Numbered from the whole stretch's first letter, positions 21,101 through 35,400 are shown. The stretch: 63,866 nt of DNA, filler included, from Octopus bimaculoides (GCF_001194135.2; 6 parts of 6 records of this genome joined end to end with filler, not necessarily neighbours in it); one strand, 5' to 3'. The notes: generated from the sequence alone by a model not told the origin. Program-made: numbers and translations.

Positions 21101-24100
21101 CCATTTAATCCAGTGGTTCCCCAAATTTAGTGGCACTGCCCCTCTGAGAGCAGTGGAAAGATCCAGGGGGGATGCTGAAGAAAAGTGGGAGCAATAGTAG
21201 GGTGGCCAAAAGGAAGGGATGGATGTAAAAGCAACAAAATAATAGGTTAATTACCTTTTTGTTTTTACCTTTTACTTGTCTCAATCATTAGACTGTGGCC
21301 ATGCAGGGGCACTACCTTAAAGGACTTTCACTAAAATATATCGAACCCTGTACTTACTTTTTTAAAGCCTGGTACTTATTCTATCAGTCTCTTTTGTCAA
21401 ACCACTAAGTTATGGGGACATAAACACACCTGCACTGGTTGTCAAGCACTGGTAGGGGACAAACACATACATGTACATATACATACACACACGATGGGCT
21501 TCTTTCAGTTTCTGTCTTCCAAATCTACTCACAAGGCTTTAGTTGGCCTGAGGCTATAGAAGAAGACACTTGCCTGAGGTGTCATGCAGTGAGACTGAAC
21601 CCGAAACCATGTGGTTGGGAAGCAAGCATTTTACCACACAGCCATGCCTGTTAAGTTTTATTTGTGAAATACAAATTTTTTTGAATTTGACTAAATCCTT
21701 CAAGGTGGTGCTCCAGTAGGGCCACAGTCCAATGCCTGAAACAAGTAAAATACATCCTATGTCGGAATGAATGAAACCTTGGGGGTCAAATAACAATTGT
21801 GAAACCAAGAGATAACTTACCAAGTACTTCCTGATTTATCTCTATCCCCGAAGGCACTGAATGACCCGTCTTTGTGCTGGTACCTTAATTCATTTTGGTA
21901 ACCTTCAAATAAAAATAAACGCAAATGAACAATTGTATGTCACAATAAGGAGCTTACTTTGCAACCCCATCTTACTGGGTTCAATCCCACTGTATGCTAG
22001 AAGGCAACACTTCCCTCTCTACCCACACTTTCGTTTTCGAGTGAAACTTGAAAGACTTGATGAGGGCTGGGCCAAAGAAGAAAGTGTCTGACTTTAGCCC
22101 TTTGAACTGAGTCCATCACTTTCACTACAGCCACCATACATAATGGCGAAGATGACAATAATAATAATCCTTTCTGTCATAGGNNNNNNNNNNNNNNNNN
22201 NNNNNNNNNNNNNNNNNNNNNNNNNNNNNNNNNNNNNNNNNNNNNNNNNNNNNNNNNNNNNNNNNNNNNNNNNNNNNNNNNNNNNNNNNNNNNNNNNNNN
22301 NNNNNNNNNNNNNNNNNNNNNNNNNNNNNNNNNNNNNNNNNNNNNNNNNNNNNNNNNNNNNNNNNNNNNNNNNNNNNNNNNNNNNNNNNNNNNNNNNNNN
22401 NNNNNNNNNNNNNNNNNNNNNNNNNNNNNNNNNNNNNNNNNNNNNNNNNNNNNNNNNNNNNNNNNNNNNNNNNNNNNNNNNNNNNNNNNNNNNNNNNNNN
22501 NNNNNNNNNNNNNNNNNNNNNNNNNNNNNNNNNNNNNNNNNNNNNNNNNNNNNNNNNNNNNNNNNNNNNNNNNNNNNNNNNNNNNNNNNNNNNNNNNNNN
22601 NNNNNNNNNNNNNNNNNNNNNNNNNNNNNNNNNNNNNNNNNNNNNNNNNNNNNNNNNNNNNNNNNNNNNNNNNNNNNNNNNNNNNNNNNNNNNNNNNNNN
22701 NNNNNNNNNNNNNNNNNNNNNNNNNNNNNNNNNNNNNNNNNNNNNNNNNNNNNNNNNNNNNNNTATCATCATCATCATCATCATCATCGTTTAACGTCCG
22801 CTTTCCATGCTAGCATGGGTTGGACGATTTGACTGAGGACTGGTGAAACCAGATGGCTACACCAGGCTCCAATCTAAATTTGGCAGAGTTTCTACAGCTG
22901 GATGCCCTTCCTAACAGCAACCACTCCGAGAGTGTAGTGGGTGCTTTTACGTTTCACTGGTACTTAATTTATCGACCCTGAAAGGATGTAGGCACAATAC
23001 ATAATCCAACCATGACCACCACTACCACATACAAAGAAACAAAGCTGTAAACCTTAAACTTACCTGCGATGGTATTTTTCTCAAGTTTCTGTTTCGTCGA
23101 TGCACTGAGTCGTGCTCGGGCTTCCAGGTACAAGAAGACAAGCACGTTGGGATAGAGCGATAGCATGGTCTGTTCGCCGCAGCCTGTGGGGAACCTGATC
23201 AATCTTTCGAGTCCACTTAATACTGGTCCCATGATGTCACCTACAAAAGAAAAGAACGTATTTGGGTTAAAGACAGGGAGAGAGGGAAAGAGAGAGAGAG
23301 ACAGACAGAAAGCAAGAGGGAAGGAGAATTGGAAAGTAAAGGAAGAGAGAAAAAAACATAGGAGGGGAAAAAAGAGGTAGAAGGAAGAGATAGGGTGGGA
23401 AGGAAAGAAAGGAGAGAGAGGTTAGGAGGGAAATAGAGGAGAGAGGGCAAGAAAGGAATCTTGTTCAAAACGGGGCCACCAGTTTTCATTTATGTTTTAT
23501 GTAGTGTTTTTGGTACCGAAAGACTTTCAAACTTCGTATACTTATCTATTTTGTGTTATAGAACAGAAAAAAAATTTTGTATTCGAATTTATTTCCTGTA
23601 AAAAATTGTCTTATTTCGATAATTTCAACCAATCACTGACAAGTATTCAGCTGTTTACAGTTACTCCTTTGGCAGTTTAAGCGGTGTAAAGCGTATTTAA
23701 TCTCCATTACTTCTGACATTTTGCAGAGGCAACACACGTGTGTTCGTTTTCCCTAACCCTANNNNNNNNNNNNNNNNNNNNNNNNNNNNNNNNNNNNNNN
23801 NNNNNNNNNNNNNNNNNNNNNNNNNNNNNNNNNNNNNNNNNNNNNNNNNNNNNNNNNNNNNNNNNNNNNNNNNNNNNNNNNNNNNNNNNNNNNNNNNNNN
23901 NNNNNNNNNNNNNNNNNNNNNNNNNNNNNNNNNNNNNNNNNNNNNNNNNNNNNNNNNNNNNNNNNNNNNNNNNNNNNNNNNNNNNNNNNNNNNNNNNNNN
24001 NNNNNNNNNNNNNNNNNNNNNNNNNNNNNNNNNNNNNNNNNNNNNNNNNNNNNNNNNNNNNNNNNNNNNNNNNNNNNNNNNNNNNNNNNNNNNNNNNNNN

Positions 24101-26475
24101 NNNNNNNNNNNNNNNNNNNNNNNNNNNNNNNNNNNNNNNNNNNNNNNNNNNNNNNNNNNNNNNNNNNNNNNNNNNNNNNNNNNNNNNNNNNNNNNNNNNN
24201 NNNNNNNNNNNNNNNNNNNNNNNNNNNNNNNNNNNNNNNNNNNNNNNNNNNNNNNNNNNNNNNNNNNNNNNNNNNNNNNNNNNNNNNNNNNNNNNNNNNN
24301 NNNNNNNNNNNNNNNNNNNNNNNNNNNNNNNNNNNNNNNNNNNNNNNNNNNNNNNNNNNNNNNNNNNNATCTGTTAGGTAGCAGACAGCAGGGACCCCTA
24401 ACCCTAACCCTAACCCTAACGCTTTCTCTCTCTATTTCTTTCACACTCTCTTAAAAACACATGTCACTTATCTCTCGCTTTCTCTATCTCTTTCACACTC
24501 TCTGGGAGAGAAAACTGGCATGTGTTCTTAAGAGAGGGGGAAGGGAAGGGGAAGGGAGGGTTAGGGTTAGGGTCCCTGCTGTCTGCTACCTAACAGATCA
24601 GAGCTGTGCTGACTAACGTCCTTTCCCTCTTACGGAAATTGCCGAATTGATGTAAACAAACGCTGAAGCAAAAAGGAGGATTGGTATCGAAAGATCGCCT
24701 TTAATGTCTGTTGTCCTTGCTGGCATGGGTTGGACAATTTGACCACAGTTGGTAAGCTGTAGAGCTGCACCAGGCTCCAGTGGTCTGTTTCAGTATGGCT
24801 TCTATGGTTGGATGCCTTTCCTAATGCCAACCCCTTTACAGGGTGAGCTGGGTGTTTTATGCGGCACTGGCACAAGTACATTTTAAAGGACCCCAGCACA
24901 GGCCAATCCTCTTCACCAGGGGTACCAACCTTAACACTTCTGCTTTGGAGGATGGGTCTTCTTGAGTACAGCAAGGCACCAGGGATCTTGGTCCTTTCTC
25001 ATCTTGTCTGAAAGGTCCTAGCCTTAACACTTCTGCTTTGGAGGATGGGTCTTCTTGAGTACAGCAAGGGACCAGGGATCTTGGTCCTTTCTCATCTTAT
25101 CTGAAAGGTCCTAGCCTTAACACTTCTGCTTTGGAGGATGAGTCTTCTTGAGTACAGCAAGGGACCAGGTACCTTGGTCCTTTCTCATCATGTCTGAAAG
25201 GTCCTAGCCTTAACACTTCTGCTTTGGTGGATGGGTCTTCTTCAGTACAGTAAGGCANNNNNNNNNNCCTTAACACTTCTGCTTTGGTGGATGGGTCTTC
25301 TTCAGTACAGCAAGGCACCAGGTATCTTGGTCCTTTCTCATCTTGTCTGAAAGGTCCTAGCCTTAACACTTCTGCTTTGGTGGATGGGTCTTCTTCAGTA
25401 CAGTAAGGCACCAGGGATCTTGGCCCTTTCTCATCTTGTCTGAAAGGTCCTAGCCTTAACACTTCTGCTTTGGAGGATGGGTCTTCTTCAGTACAGCAAG
25501 GCACCAGGNNNNNNNNNNNNNNNNNNNNNNNNNNNNNNNNNNNNNNNNNNNNNNNNNNNNNNNNNNNNNNNNNNNNNNNNNNNNNNNNNNNNNNNNNNNN
25601 NNNNNNNNNNNNNNNNNNNNNNNNNNNNNNNNNNNNNNNNNNNNNNNNNNNNNNNNNNNNNNNNNNNNNNNNNNNNNNNNNNNNNNNNNNNNNNNNNNNN
25701 NNNNNNNNNNNNNNNNNNNNNNNNNNNNNNNNNNNNNNNNNNNNNNNNNNNNNNNNNNNNNNNNNNNNNNNNNNNNNNNNNNNNNNNNNNNNNNNNNNNN
25801 NNNNNNNNNNNNNNNNNNGGCCCTTTCTCATCTTGTCTGAAAGGTCCTAGCCTTAACACTTCTGCTTTGGTGGATGGGTCTTCTTCAGTACAGCAAGGCA
25901 CCAGGTATCTTGGTCCTTTCTCATCTTGTCTGAAAGGTCCTAGCCTTAACACTTCTGCTTTGGAGGATGGGTCTTCTTGAGTACAGCAAGGCACCAGGTA
26001 TCTTGGCCCTTTCTCATCTTGTCTGAAAGGTACCAACCTTAACACTTCTGCTTTGGAAGATGGGTCTTCTTCAGTACAGCAAGGCACCAGGGATCTTGGC
26101 CCTTTCTCATTTTATCTGAAAGGTTCAGCATCCTGAGGTCATCCTTCAATACCTCATTCCACATGTTCCTGAGTCTCGCTTCCATGAGTTCCATCCACTT
26201 TGGGAGATTGGCACCTCTTTATGGAATTGTTGGCATCCATCCACATCACACAACCAAACAAGCACAGAGTTCTCTCTTACATGCTGCCTTTAATTTCTCA
26301 TATGCCTAACTTCTCTCACAATACACCAACACTCTGTTGAACATGTAGTACACTTACACTACACATCCAGTGGAGCATACTAGCTTCATTCCATTTAAAT
26401 ATTCGCATGTCATCTGCATTCATTACCATGTAGAATTGCTGTCCATATACATGCATCATACAATCTTCCTCGCAC

Positions 26476-26510
<35 letters not shown>

Positions 26511-29500
26511 TTTGGTTGCCAACAGAGGTAAAAAAAACTCTCTGAATTTCCTCCATCCTATTCTTATTCAAGCTATCTCCCTGTCTGTGCATCCTCCCCG
26601 ACTACAATTTGGTCCCCCTGGGTAGCAGAAATTATCTACTACCTCTAACGAGCCACCGGGACATTTGAGAGAAGCGATTTCCCAAGTCTCTGTAGTTTTT
26701 ATAGATCCTGTGCACCTTTCACATACAAACACTACTTTTTCTGATAACCTTTTCCATGTGTGTGTGTGTGTGTGTGTGTGACCTGAAAAATGGACATTAA
26801 AATGATGGCAATGATGATTGCATGACATAAAAGGAACATTAAACTAGGATTGAACCTGGTAACTTACCAATGAGTGACACAGACACAACCTCGGATCCCT
26901 CCACAACTTTCGGTGGGTATGCGATACTGACTGCTTTCGTGAAAGATTCCTTGGAGGACACATTCACTGATATTGGCTCGCTCTTCTCATATGTAGAACC
27001 TTCTGCCTGTGGATGGATTAACAGAAGGGTCAGTATGGTGGTGGTGGTGGGGGGGATGTTAGTATAACGAGGGGGCTGTAAGGGTCATTATCACATTTGA
27101 CAACCTGGCAGAAGCGTTAGCACTCCAGACTAAATGCTTAGCTGCATTCCGTATGCCTTCACATTGTGAGTTCAAATGTCAGAAGGAGAAATAATTATTA
27201 GTGAGCTGGCAGAATTGTTAGTGCACCAGGTGAAATACTTAGCAGCAATTTGTCCGCCTTGATGTTCTGAGTTCAAATTCCACCAAGGTCAACTTTGCCT
27301 TTCATCCTTGATAAATGAAGTACCCGTTACACACTGGGGGCAATGTAATCGACTATCCCCCTCCCCTCAAAATTTCAGGCCTTGTGCCTATAGTAGAAAG
27401 GATTATTATTACTGAGTGTGAGAGTACCACATACATCAAAGTGACATTGGGTTACAGCTATACGAAGCTCAATATACCTGTCATGATTAAGGGGACCCCA
27501 GGCACATGCATTACAACCGTAGATGCATGACACGATGCTCTCATGTCGAGATAAAATTACTGCCCATATACGAATTCTAAACTTTCGTCAAAGAAATGTT
27601 TCACGAAATACGGTTCTTAGAATTCGGATATGAGCAGTTATAAAACCCCTGATTTTGGGGAAATTACTCAGTGATCGTAGGATGTTACTAAACTCCACGA
27701 CATTCAATCATTGAGATATTGGCTATTTTTCATGCCATGTCTATGATAAAAATCCAACAAGATTTATTTGAATTGTTGTAAACTCTAGTAGTTAGTATGA
27801 AAGATTAGCTAGTGTGAATTTTAAGTTGTAACTCCGTACGACAAAATGACTTTACTTTCCAATTGTGCTATAAATGCTAAATGTACATAAATAAAATAAC
27901 GTAGTAATTATTTTCTCTTTCTTCACGTTCTTCAACTTGTTAATGAAATTTATTTCTGCAATTATGAAGCTGTGTATTTTTTTATAGCGGTTAAAAGAAA
28001 ACGAAATTATTTATCTTCAACATACATGCACGCATAAAATGTCTGTCAGCATTTCAGAGTATATCTCTCTCTCTCGCTATGGCGTTTATGTAGCTGGAGT
28101 CAGGATTTACGTATAATGATAACACTTATAAGTAAGTTATAAGTGACGTGTTTATCAATATATATTCCTACTTCAAAAGTAAAATATATTTATTATTTAA
28201 TTCCAAATAGAGAACGCATAAAAATAGTGTTACACAAACGGTAACAAAACGCGACTATAAAGTGGTGATCGGCTATAGAAAATTTAGTGCTCAGTACAAT
28301 GGTCAAAGCTAGTGTTGTAGAGTGTTCAAATGATGTAATAAATAATATTCGTCTTACTATGACATTCAAATATCTTTGAACCGCATCGGTGTGACCAGGA
28401 ATAGAAGCATGCACCAACACAGGGATATTTCCAATGACTTTTAAATCCATTTTAAATTTTACAGCAACTTCAGTTTGATCAGCAGTCATCTAAATAATGG
28501 ATAAAATATATAGCATTAGAGGATAGAGAACAGACGAAAAATGTAGGATTAGAGGGAAACAGATGGAAGATGTAGGATTAGAGGGAAACAGATGGAAGAT
28601 GTAGGATTAGGGGGAAACAGATGGAAGATGTAGGATTAGGGGGAAACAGATGGAAGATGTTGGATTAGAGGAAACAGATGGAAGATGTAGGATTAGGGGG
28701 AAACAGATGGAAGATGTTGGATTAGAGGAAACAGATGGAAGATGTAGGATTAGGGGGAAACAGATGGAAGATGTAGGATTAGAGGAAACAGATGGAAGAT
28801 GTTGGATTAGGGGGAAACAGATGGAAGATGTAGGATTAGGGGGGAAACAATGTTCAAACTGCGGTCTCCTAAATCTTGCAAAACAAATATGTAAACGGAA
28901 TAACATACACCATCAGAAAGATGGCTGTTCTCAAAAGATAAACTGAATGGATTTGGTAGACAGAAACCAAAAAAAGCCCATGTGTGTGTGTGTGTGTCAG
29001 GCGGCACTGGCATCAGCAAGGACTACGATTTCACTTGACTCAGCAGGTCTTCTCAAGCACAGCATATTGCCCAATGATTGAAGGGTACTTTTAAACAGGC
29101 TGGTTAAATGACACTGGTAGGCCATAGCTATGATCTCACTTGGTTCGTCATGTCTTCTCAAGCACAGCATATCTCTAAAGGTCTTGGTCGTTTGTCATTG
29201 CCTCTGTGAGGCCCAACGTTCAAAGGTCATGCTTCACCATCTCATCCCATGTCTTCCTGGGTCTACCTCTTCCACAGCTTCCCTCTACTGTTAGGGTGTG
29301 ACACTTCTTCACACAGCTGTCCTCATCCATACGCAATACATGACCATACCAGTGCAGTCATCTTTCTTACCCACCACATCTGATGCTTCTTATGCTCAAC
29401 TTTTCTCTCAGGATACTAACACTCTGTCGTGTATGCACACTGACATTACACATCCAGCAGAGCATACTAGCTTCATTTCTTTCAAGTCTACGCATGTCCT

Positions 29501-32360
29501 CAGCAGTCACAGCCCATGTTTCATTGCCATGTAGCATGGCTGTTCACACATGCATCATACAGTCTACCTTTCACTCTGAGCGAGAGACCCTTTGTCACCA
29601 ACAGAGGTAGGAGCCCTCTGGACTTTGCCCAGGCTATTCTTGTTCTAGCAGCTATGCTCTCAGAGCATCCATCCTCACTACTGACTTGGTCACCTAGGTA
29701 ACAGAAGCTATCGTCTACTTTTAGTTTTCCCCTCTGGCATGAGACGGANNNNNNNNNNNNNNNNNNNNNNNNNNNNNNNNNNNNNNNNNNNNNNNNNNNN
29801 NNNNNNNNNNNNNNNNNNNNNNNNNNNNNNNNNNNNNNNNNNNNNNNNNNNNNNNNNNNNNNNNNNNNNNNNNNNNNNNNNNNNNNNNNNNNNNNNNNNN
29901 NNNNNNNNNNNNNNNNNNNNNNNNNNNNNNNNNNNNNNNNNNNNNNNNNNNNNNNNNNNNNNNNNNNNNNNNNNNNNNNNNNNNNNNNNNNNNNNNNNNN
30001 NNNNNNNNNNNNNNNNNNNNNNNNNNNNNNNNNNNNNNNNNNNNNNNNNNNNNNNNNNNNNNNNNNNNNNNNNNNNNNNNNNNNNNNNNNNNNNNNNNNN
30101 NNNNNNNNNNNNNNNNNNNNNNNNNNNNNNNNNNNNNNNNNNNNNNNNNNNNNNNNNNNNNNNNNNNNNNNNNNNNNNNNNNNNNNNNNNNNNNNNNNNN
30201 NNNNNNNNNNNNNNNNNNNNNNNNNNNNNNNNNNNNNNNNNNNNNNNNNNNNNNNNNNNNNNNNNNNNNNNNNNNNNNNNNNNNNNNNNNNNNNNNNNNN
30301 NNNNNNNNNNNNNNNNNNNNNNNNNNNNNNNNNNNNNNNNNNNNNNNNNNNNNNNNNNNNNNNNNNNNNNNNNNNNNNNNNNNNNNNNNNNNNNNNNNNN
30401 NNNNNNNNNNNNNNNNNNNNNNNNNNNNNNNNNNNNNNNNNNNNNNNNNNNNNNNNNNNNNNNNNNNNNNNNNNNNNNNNNNNNNNNNNNNNNNNNNNNN
30501 NNNNNNNNNNNNNNNNNNNNNNNNNNNNNNNNNNNNNNNNNNNNNNNNNNNNNNNNNNNNNNNNNNNNNNNNNNNNNNNNNNNNNNNNNNNNNNNNNNNN
30601 NNNNNNNNNNNNNNNNNNNNNNNNNNNNNNNNNNNNNNNNNNNNNNNNNNNNNACTCTAACCCTAACCCTAACCCTACGGTTAGGGTTAGGGTTAGGGTT
30701 AAGGTTAGGGTTAATTGTTTCAGAATCGTTTGTTTATGTAGTCGGCACTTAATGTATATCGGCTGAATGGACGTCAGTGATTGGTGGAAATTACAGAAAT
30801 ACGACAACTTTAACATGGAATAACTTATGGATTTCTTTTTTTTTTAAGAAGACTAAGAGAAAAAGATGTTTTATATGACACATTCTACCAGTGTTCCAAG
30901 TTTCAAAGTGTTTCGTTAATGGAAAATGTGGCCCCCGTTTTAAAAAAGATCCAAAAAGTCAAACTAGCTATTTTCAATTCAGTTTCCATATCTATCCTCA
31001 CCTATGGTCATGAATGTTGGGTAATGACCAAAAGAAATGAAATACCACCAGTGGCCACATATCAGAACCATGTATTCTGCTTCCTTTATCTTCAAACCAG
31101 CCAGATCTAACCTCTCCCTCTACAATGTCATTCTAAAAACTAAATAACCACATCAGTGAAATTACAGAGTTACAAGATAAAGCATAATTAATTCAAAACA
31201 ATTTAAATGAATAGGCAGGCATTACACTAGATAGAGTAACTGGAATGCTAAAGGGTTAACCCTTTAGCATTTCAACCTGTCAGATCTGTTTTATGTTCAA
31301 ACTGGCCTGATTTGGCCTCTTATACCTACCTTACAATGTCATTCTGAAAATAAACAAACATATCATCGAAATCTTAAAGCTTTGTCAAATGTAAAGCTTA
31401 TTTATTCACATTGTTTTGAATTAATCATGGATTATTTCAGAGTTATCTGAATGTTAAAGGATTAACCTTTTAGCATTTAAACCAGCCATATCTGGCCTAA
31501 ATATGTTCAAATTGGCCAGGTCCAGCCTCTTACACTTATCCTACAATGTCATTCTAAAGATAAACAATCACATCATCAAAATCTTGAAGTTACAAGTGTG
31601 TTTGTGTGTCTGTGTTTGTCCCCCCCATCATTGCTTGACAACCGATGCTGGTGTGTTTACGTCCCCCGTAACTTAGCGGTTCGGCAAAAAGAGAACCGAT
31701 AGAATAAGTACTAGGCTTCCAAAGAATAAGTCCTGGGGTCAATTTGCTCGACTAAAAGGTGGTGCTCCAGCATGGCCGCAGTCAAATGACTGAAAGAAGT
31801 AAAAGTGTAAAAGTGTAAAATAAGCATTTATGAATGCTANNNNNNNNNNNNNNNNNNNNNNNNNNNNNNNNNNNNNNNNNNNNNNNNNNNNNNNNNNNNN
31901 NNNNNNNNNNNNNNNNNNNNNNNNNNNNNNNNNNNNNNNNNNNNNNNNNNNNNNNNNNNNNNNNNNNNNNNNNNNNNNNNNNNNNNNNNNNNNNNNNNNN
32001 NNNNNNNNNNNNNNNNNNNNNNNNNNNNNNNNNNNNNNNNNNNNNNNNNNNNNNNNNNNNNNNNNNNNNNNNNNNNNNNNNNNNNNNNNNNNNNNNNNNN
32101 NNNNNNNNNNNNNNNNNNNNNNNNNNNNNNNNNNNNNNNNNNNNNNNNNNNNNNNNNNNNNNNNNNNNNNNNNNNNNNNNNNNNNNNNNNNNNNNNNNNN
32201 NNNNNNNNNNNNNNNNNNNNNNNNNNNNNNNNNNNNNNNNNNNNNNNNNNNNNNNNNNNNNNNNNNNNNNNNNNNNNNNNNNNNNNNNNNNNNNNNNNNN
32301 NNNNNNNNNNNNNNNNNNNNNNNNNNNNNNATACAGCACCTTGAGGCATTCCACTCTCTA

Positions 32361-32401
<41 letters not shown>

Positions 32402-35400
32402 CATGCTGGCTTGGGTTGGATGATTTGAGGGGAGCTGACAAGTCAGTGGACTGCAGCAAGTACCTTATACATAAGTCCTGACTCCGGGACTCCCTTTAGC
32501 TTTTGAACCAGCCATATCTGGCCTAAATATTTTACCTATTTTATGTTCAAACAAGCCAGATCCTACCTATTACACCAATCCTACAATGTCATTCTAAAGA
32601 TAAACAACCACATCGTCTCAAAGCTATGAGACATGATTAATCCAAAATAATATGAATAAATAAGCTTTACATTTAATTCAGTAATTGGAATGCTAAAGGG
32701 TTAATACTCACCGTTTCCTCTTTGGGAATGTAATTGAAAACATAAACATTCAATTCAAATAGCTCTCCTCTAACAATAGAGTAAGGAATCCCCAGTGAAA
32801 TGTAGAAATCCTGGAAGGTGGTCAACTGGAATAAATAAATATATAAACATGTATAAACATATATAAGCATATATACAGGTTTGGTTGTGTGGTAACAAGT
32901 TTGCTTCCAAACCACATGGTATCAGGTTCCATCCCAACTGAAAGGCACCTGTGGTGAGTGTCTTCTACAAAAGCCTCAGGCTGACCACAGCCTTGTGAGT
33001 GAACATGACAGAGAGAAACTGAAAGAAGCCCTGTCATCAATAAAATCAGGAGTTCTTTTCTTATCACAACGATCAGAGTGAGTTTCCCAAGCTGCCGTAC
33101 CTTTGTAATCACCATTAGACTCATCCAACTCTTTCTGAATCCTCTGCACTGTCCTCGCATTGACACCCAAATATTCCGAAATGTTTTTTATAGAAGCTTC
33201 CAGCACAGATACCAAGCAGCACAGCATGTTATTTCCAAATGTCTGGCATAGTGAATAATTGCATCATGGTGTTGTTTTTTCTCATAGATGGTGCTCAACT
33301 GACCCTACTATACTGAGTAGTTGACAAAATCAAAAACTGATATGACATACAACTTCATGTTCTCACTGTTATAATATCAAACTTTCCTGATATTGTCTTA
33401 TTACTCTCCAACTGTGTATCTTCAACAAGCACTCCACGATATCGCTATTCAATAATTCCTATGCTGGTGTGTTTACGTCCCTGTAACTTAGCGGTTCGAC
33501 AAAAGAGACCGATAGAATAAGTACTAGGCTTACAAAGAATAAGTCCTGGGGTCGATTTGCTCGACTAAAGGCGGTGCTCCAGCATGGCCGCAGTCAAATG
33601 ACTTAAACCAGTAAAAGACTAAAAGAGAATATATATATATGAAAGTATTGTAGTTCGCTTGAAGCATTGTGTATTGTTTGTAAAGAATAAAATGTTTTGA
33701 ATGGTACAACAATGCACTGTAATACAAAAAAAATGGACTATATACCTGTTGTAATTTAGTTATCTATAGTCTGATATCATCATCATCATCATCATCATCA
33801 TCGTCGTTTAACGTCCGCTTNNNNNNNNNNNNNNNNNNNNNNNNNNNNNNNNNNNNNNNNNNNNNNNNNNNNNNNNNNNNNNNNNNNNNNNNNNNNNNNN
33901 NNNNNNNNNNNNNNNNNNNNNNNNNNNNNNNNNNNNNNNNNNNNNNNNNNNNNNNNNNNNNNNNNNNNNNNNNNNNNNNNNNNNNNNNNNNNNNNNNNNN
34001 NNNNNNNNNNNNNNNNNNNNNNNNNNNNNNNNNNNNNNNNNNNNNNNNNNNNNNNNNNNNNNNNNNNNNNNNNNNNNNNNNNNNNNNNNNNNNNNNNNNN
34101 NNNNNNNNNNNNNNNNNNNNNNNNNNNNNNNNNNNNNNNNNNNNNNNNNNNNNNNNNNNNNNNNNNNNNNNNNNNNNNNNNNNNNNNNNNNNNNNNNNNN
34201 NNNNNNNNNNNNNNNNNNNNNNNNNNNNNNNNNNNNNNNNNNNNNNNNNNNNNNNNATATATATATAAATAGATAGATCTGCACATGTACTGATTCTAAA
34301 CTCTTGTTCATAGACACATGCACAATCATCTTGTTGTCATTAAAATTCCAATGAAGGTGCCTTGAATAAGTTAGAAACAATGGGAGTGAAAATAAATAAC
34401 ATGCATACATACACTTACATAAACAGACACAATACTGTGATTTTATTTCAAAGAAGCACACAAAAAGCCTTATGAAATGCAGTTACTCGAGGTCACCTGG
34501 GCAGAATCTAACATTCACTTTGCCATTGTTGGGAAAGTCAACAAACCAGTTTAGTAAGTGGGTTTCATGTAACGAAGGTGTGAATGAGCACAGGTATTTT
34601 GAATAAGACAGAGAATGATCAAGAGGGGACAATTAACTGTACAGCAAATATAGGCAGTCTTTTATGAGGGTCAAAAATTTCATACTCCAACACTGGAATG
34701 GGTTGTGGCGTATCTGGTGGTCCATCTTTGTTTCTTGCTAAGATGGTGCTTTGTAAAATGTGGACATGATGCCCAGAGCCACTCACTGTTATAGGTGACA
34801 AAACTCCAACACAACAGCGCAAGCATTGTTGAGTCAGATGTGACTCTGGGCCAAATGCATCTCAATCTTCATTTTAGAAATATCTGGAAGTATGGGGAAA
34901 AAAAAAGGTAACGTGTCTGTACTTACTTTAACATCTCCCTTGTATGGAATAAATCCTTCAGAGGGATGTATACCAAACAATGTGGTCACCCAAGTTGTTA
35001 TAGTGTCTGGTGCAGTTTTCACCAATGAAGCCGCTCCTGTACTCCTGTGTTTAATAATAAGATTTGATGATTAGCAGCAAAACAGACAAATNNNNNNNNN
35101 NNNNNNNNNNNNNNNNNNNNNNNNNNNNNNNNNNNNNNNNNNNNNNNNNNNNNNNNNNNNNNNNNNNNNNNNNNNNNNNNNNNNNNNNNNNNNNNNNNNN
35201 NNNNNNNNNNNNNNNNNNNNNNNNNNNNNNNNNNNNNNNNNNNNNNNNNNNNNNNNNNNNNNNNNNNNNNNNNNNNNNNNNNNNNNNNNNNNNNNNNNNN
35301 NNNNNNNNNNNNNNNNNNNNNNNNNNNNNNNNNNNNNNNNNNNNNNNNNNNNNNNNNNNNNNNNNNNNNNNNNNNNNNNNNNNNNNNNNNNNNNNNNNNN

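Noticed and set aside
24929-26125. Regular repeat array as a possible CRISPR
   Set aside because: The units are contiguous with no unique spacers, derive from a LINE end, and sit in a eukaryotic intron with no cas genes.
34680-34865. ORF containing NSEWLW, resembling the TEP FPETWLW motif
   Set aside because: It lies downstream of the PDTITTW exon rather than upstream, and all three frames after the nearby acceptor hit stops.
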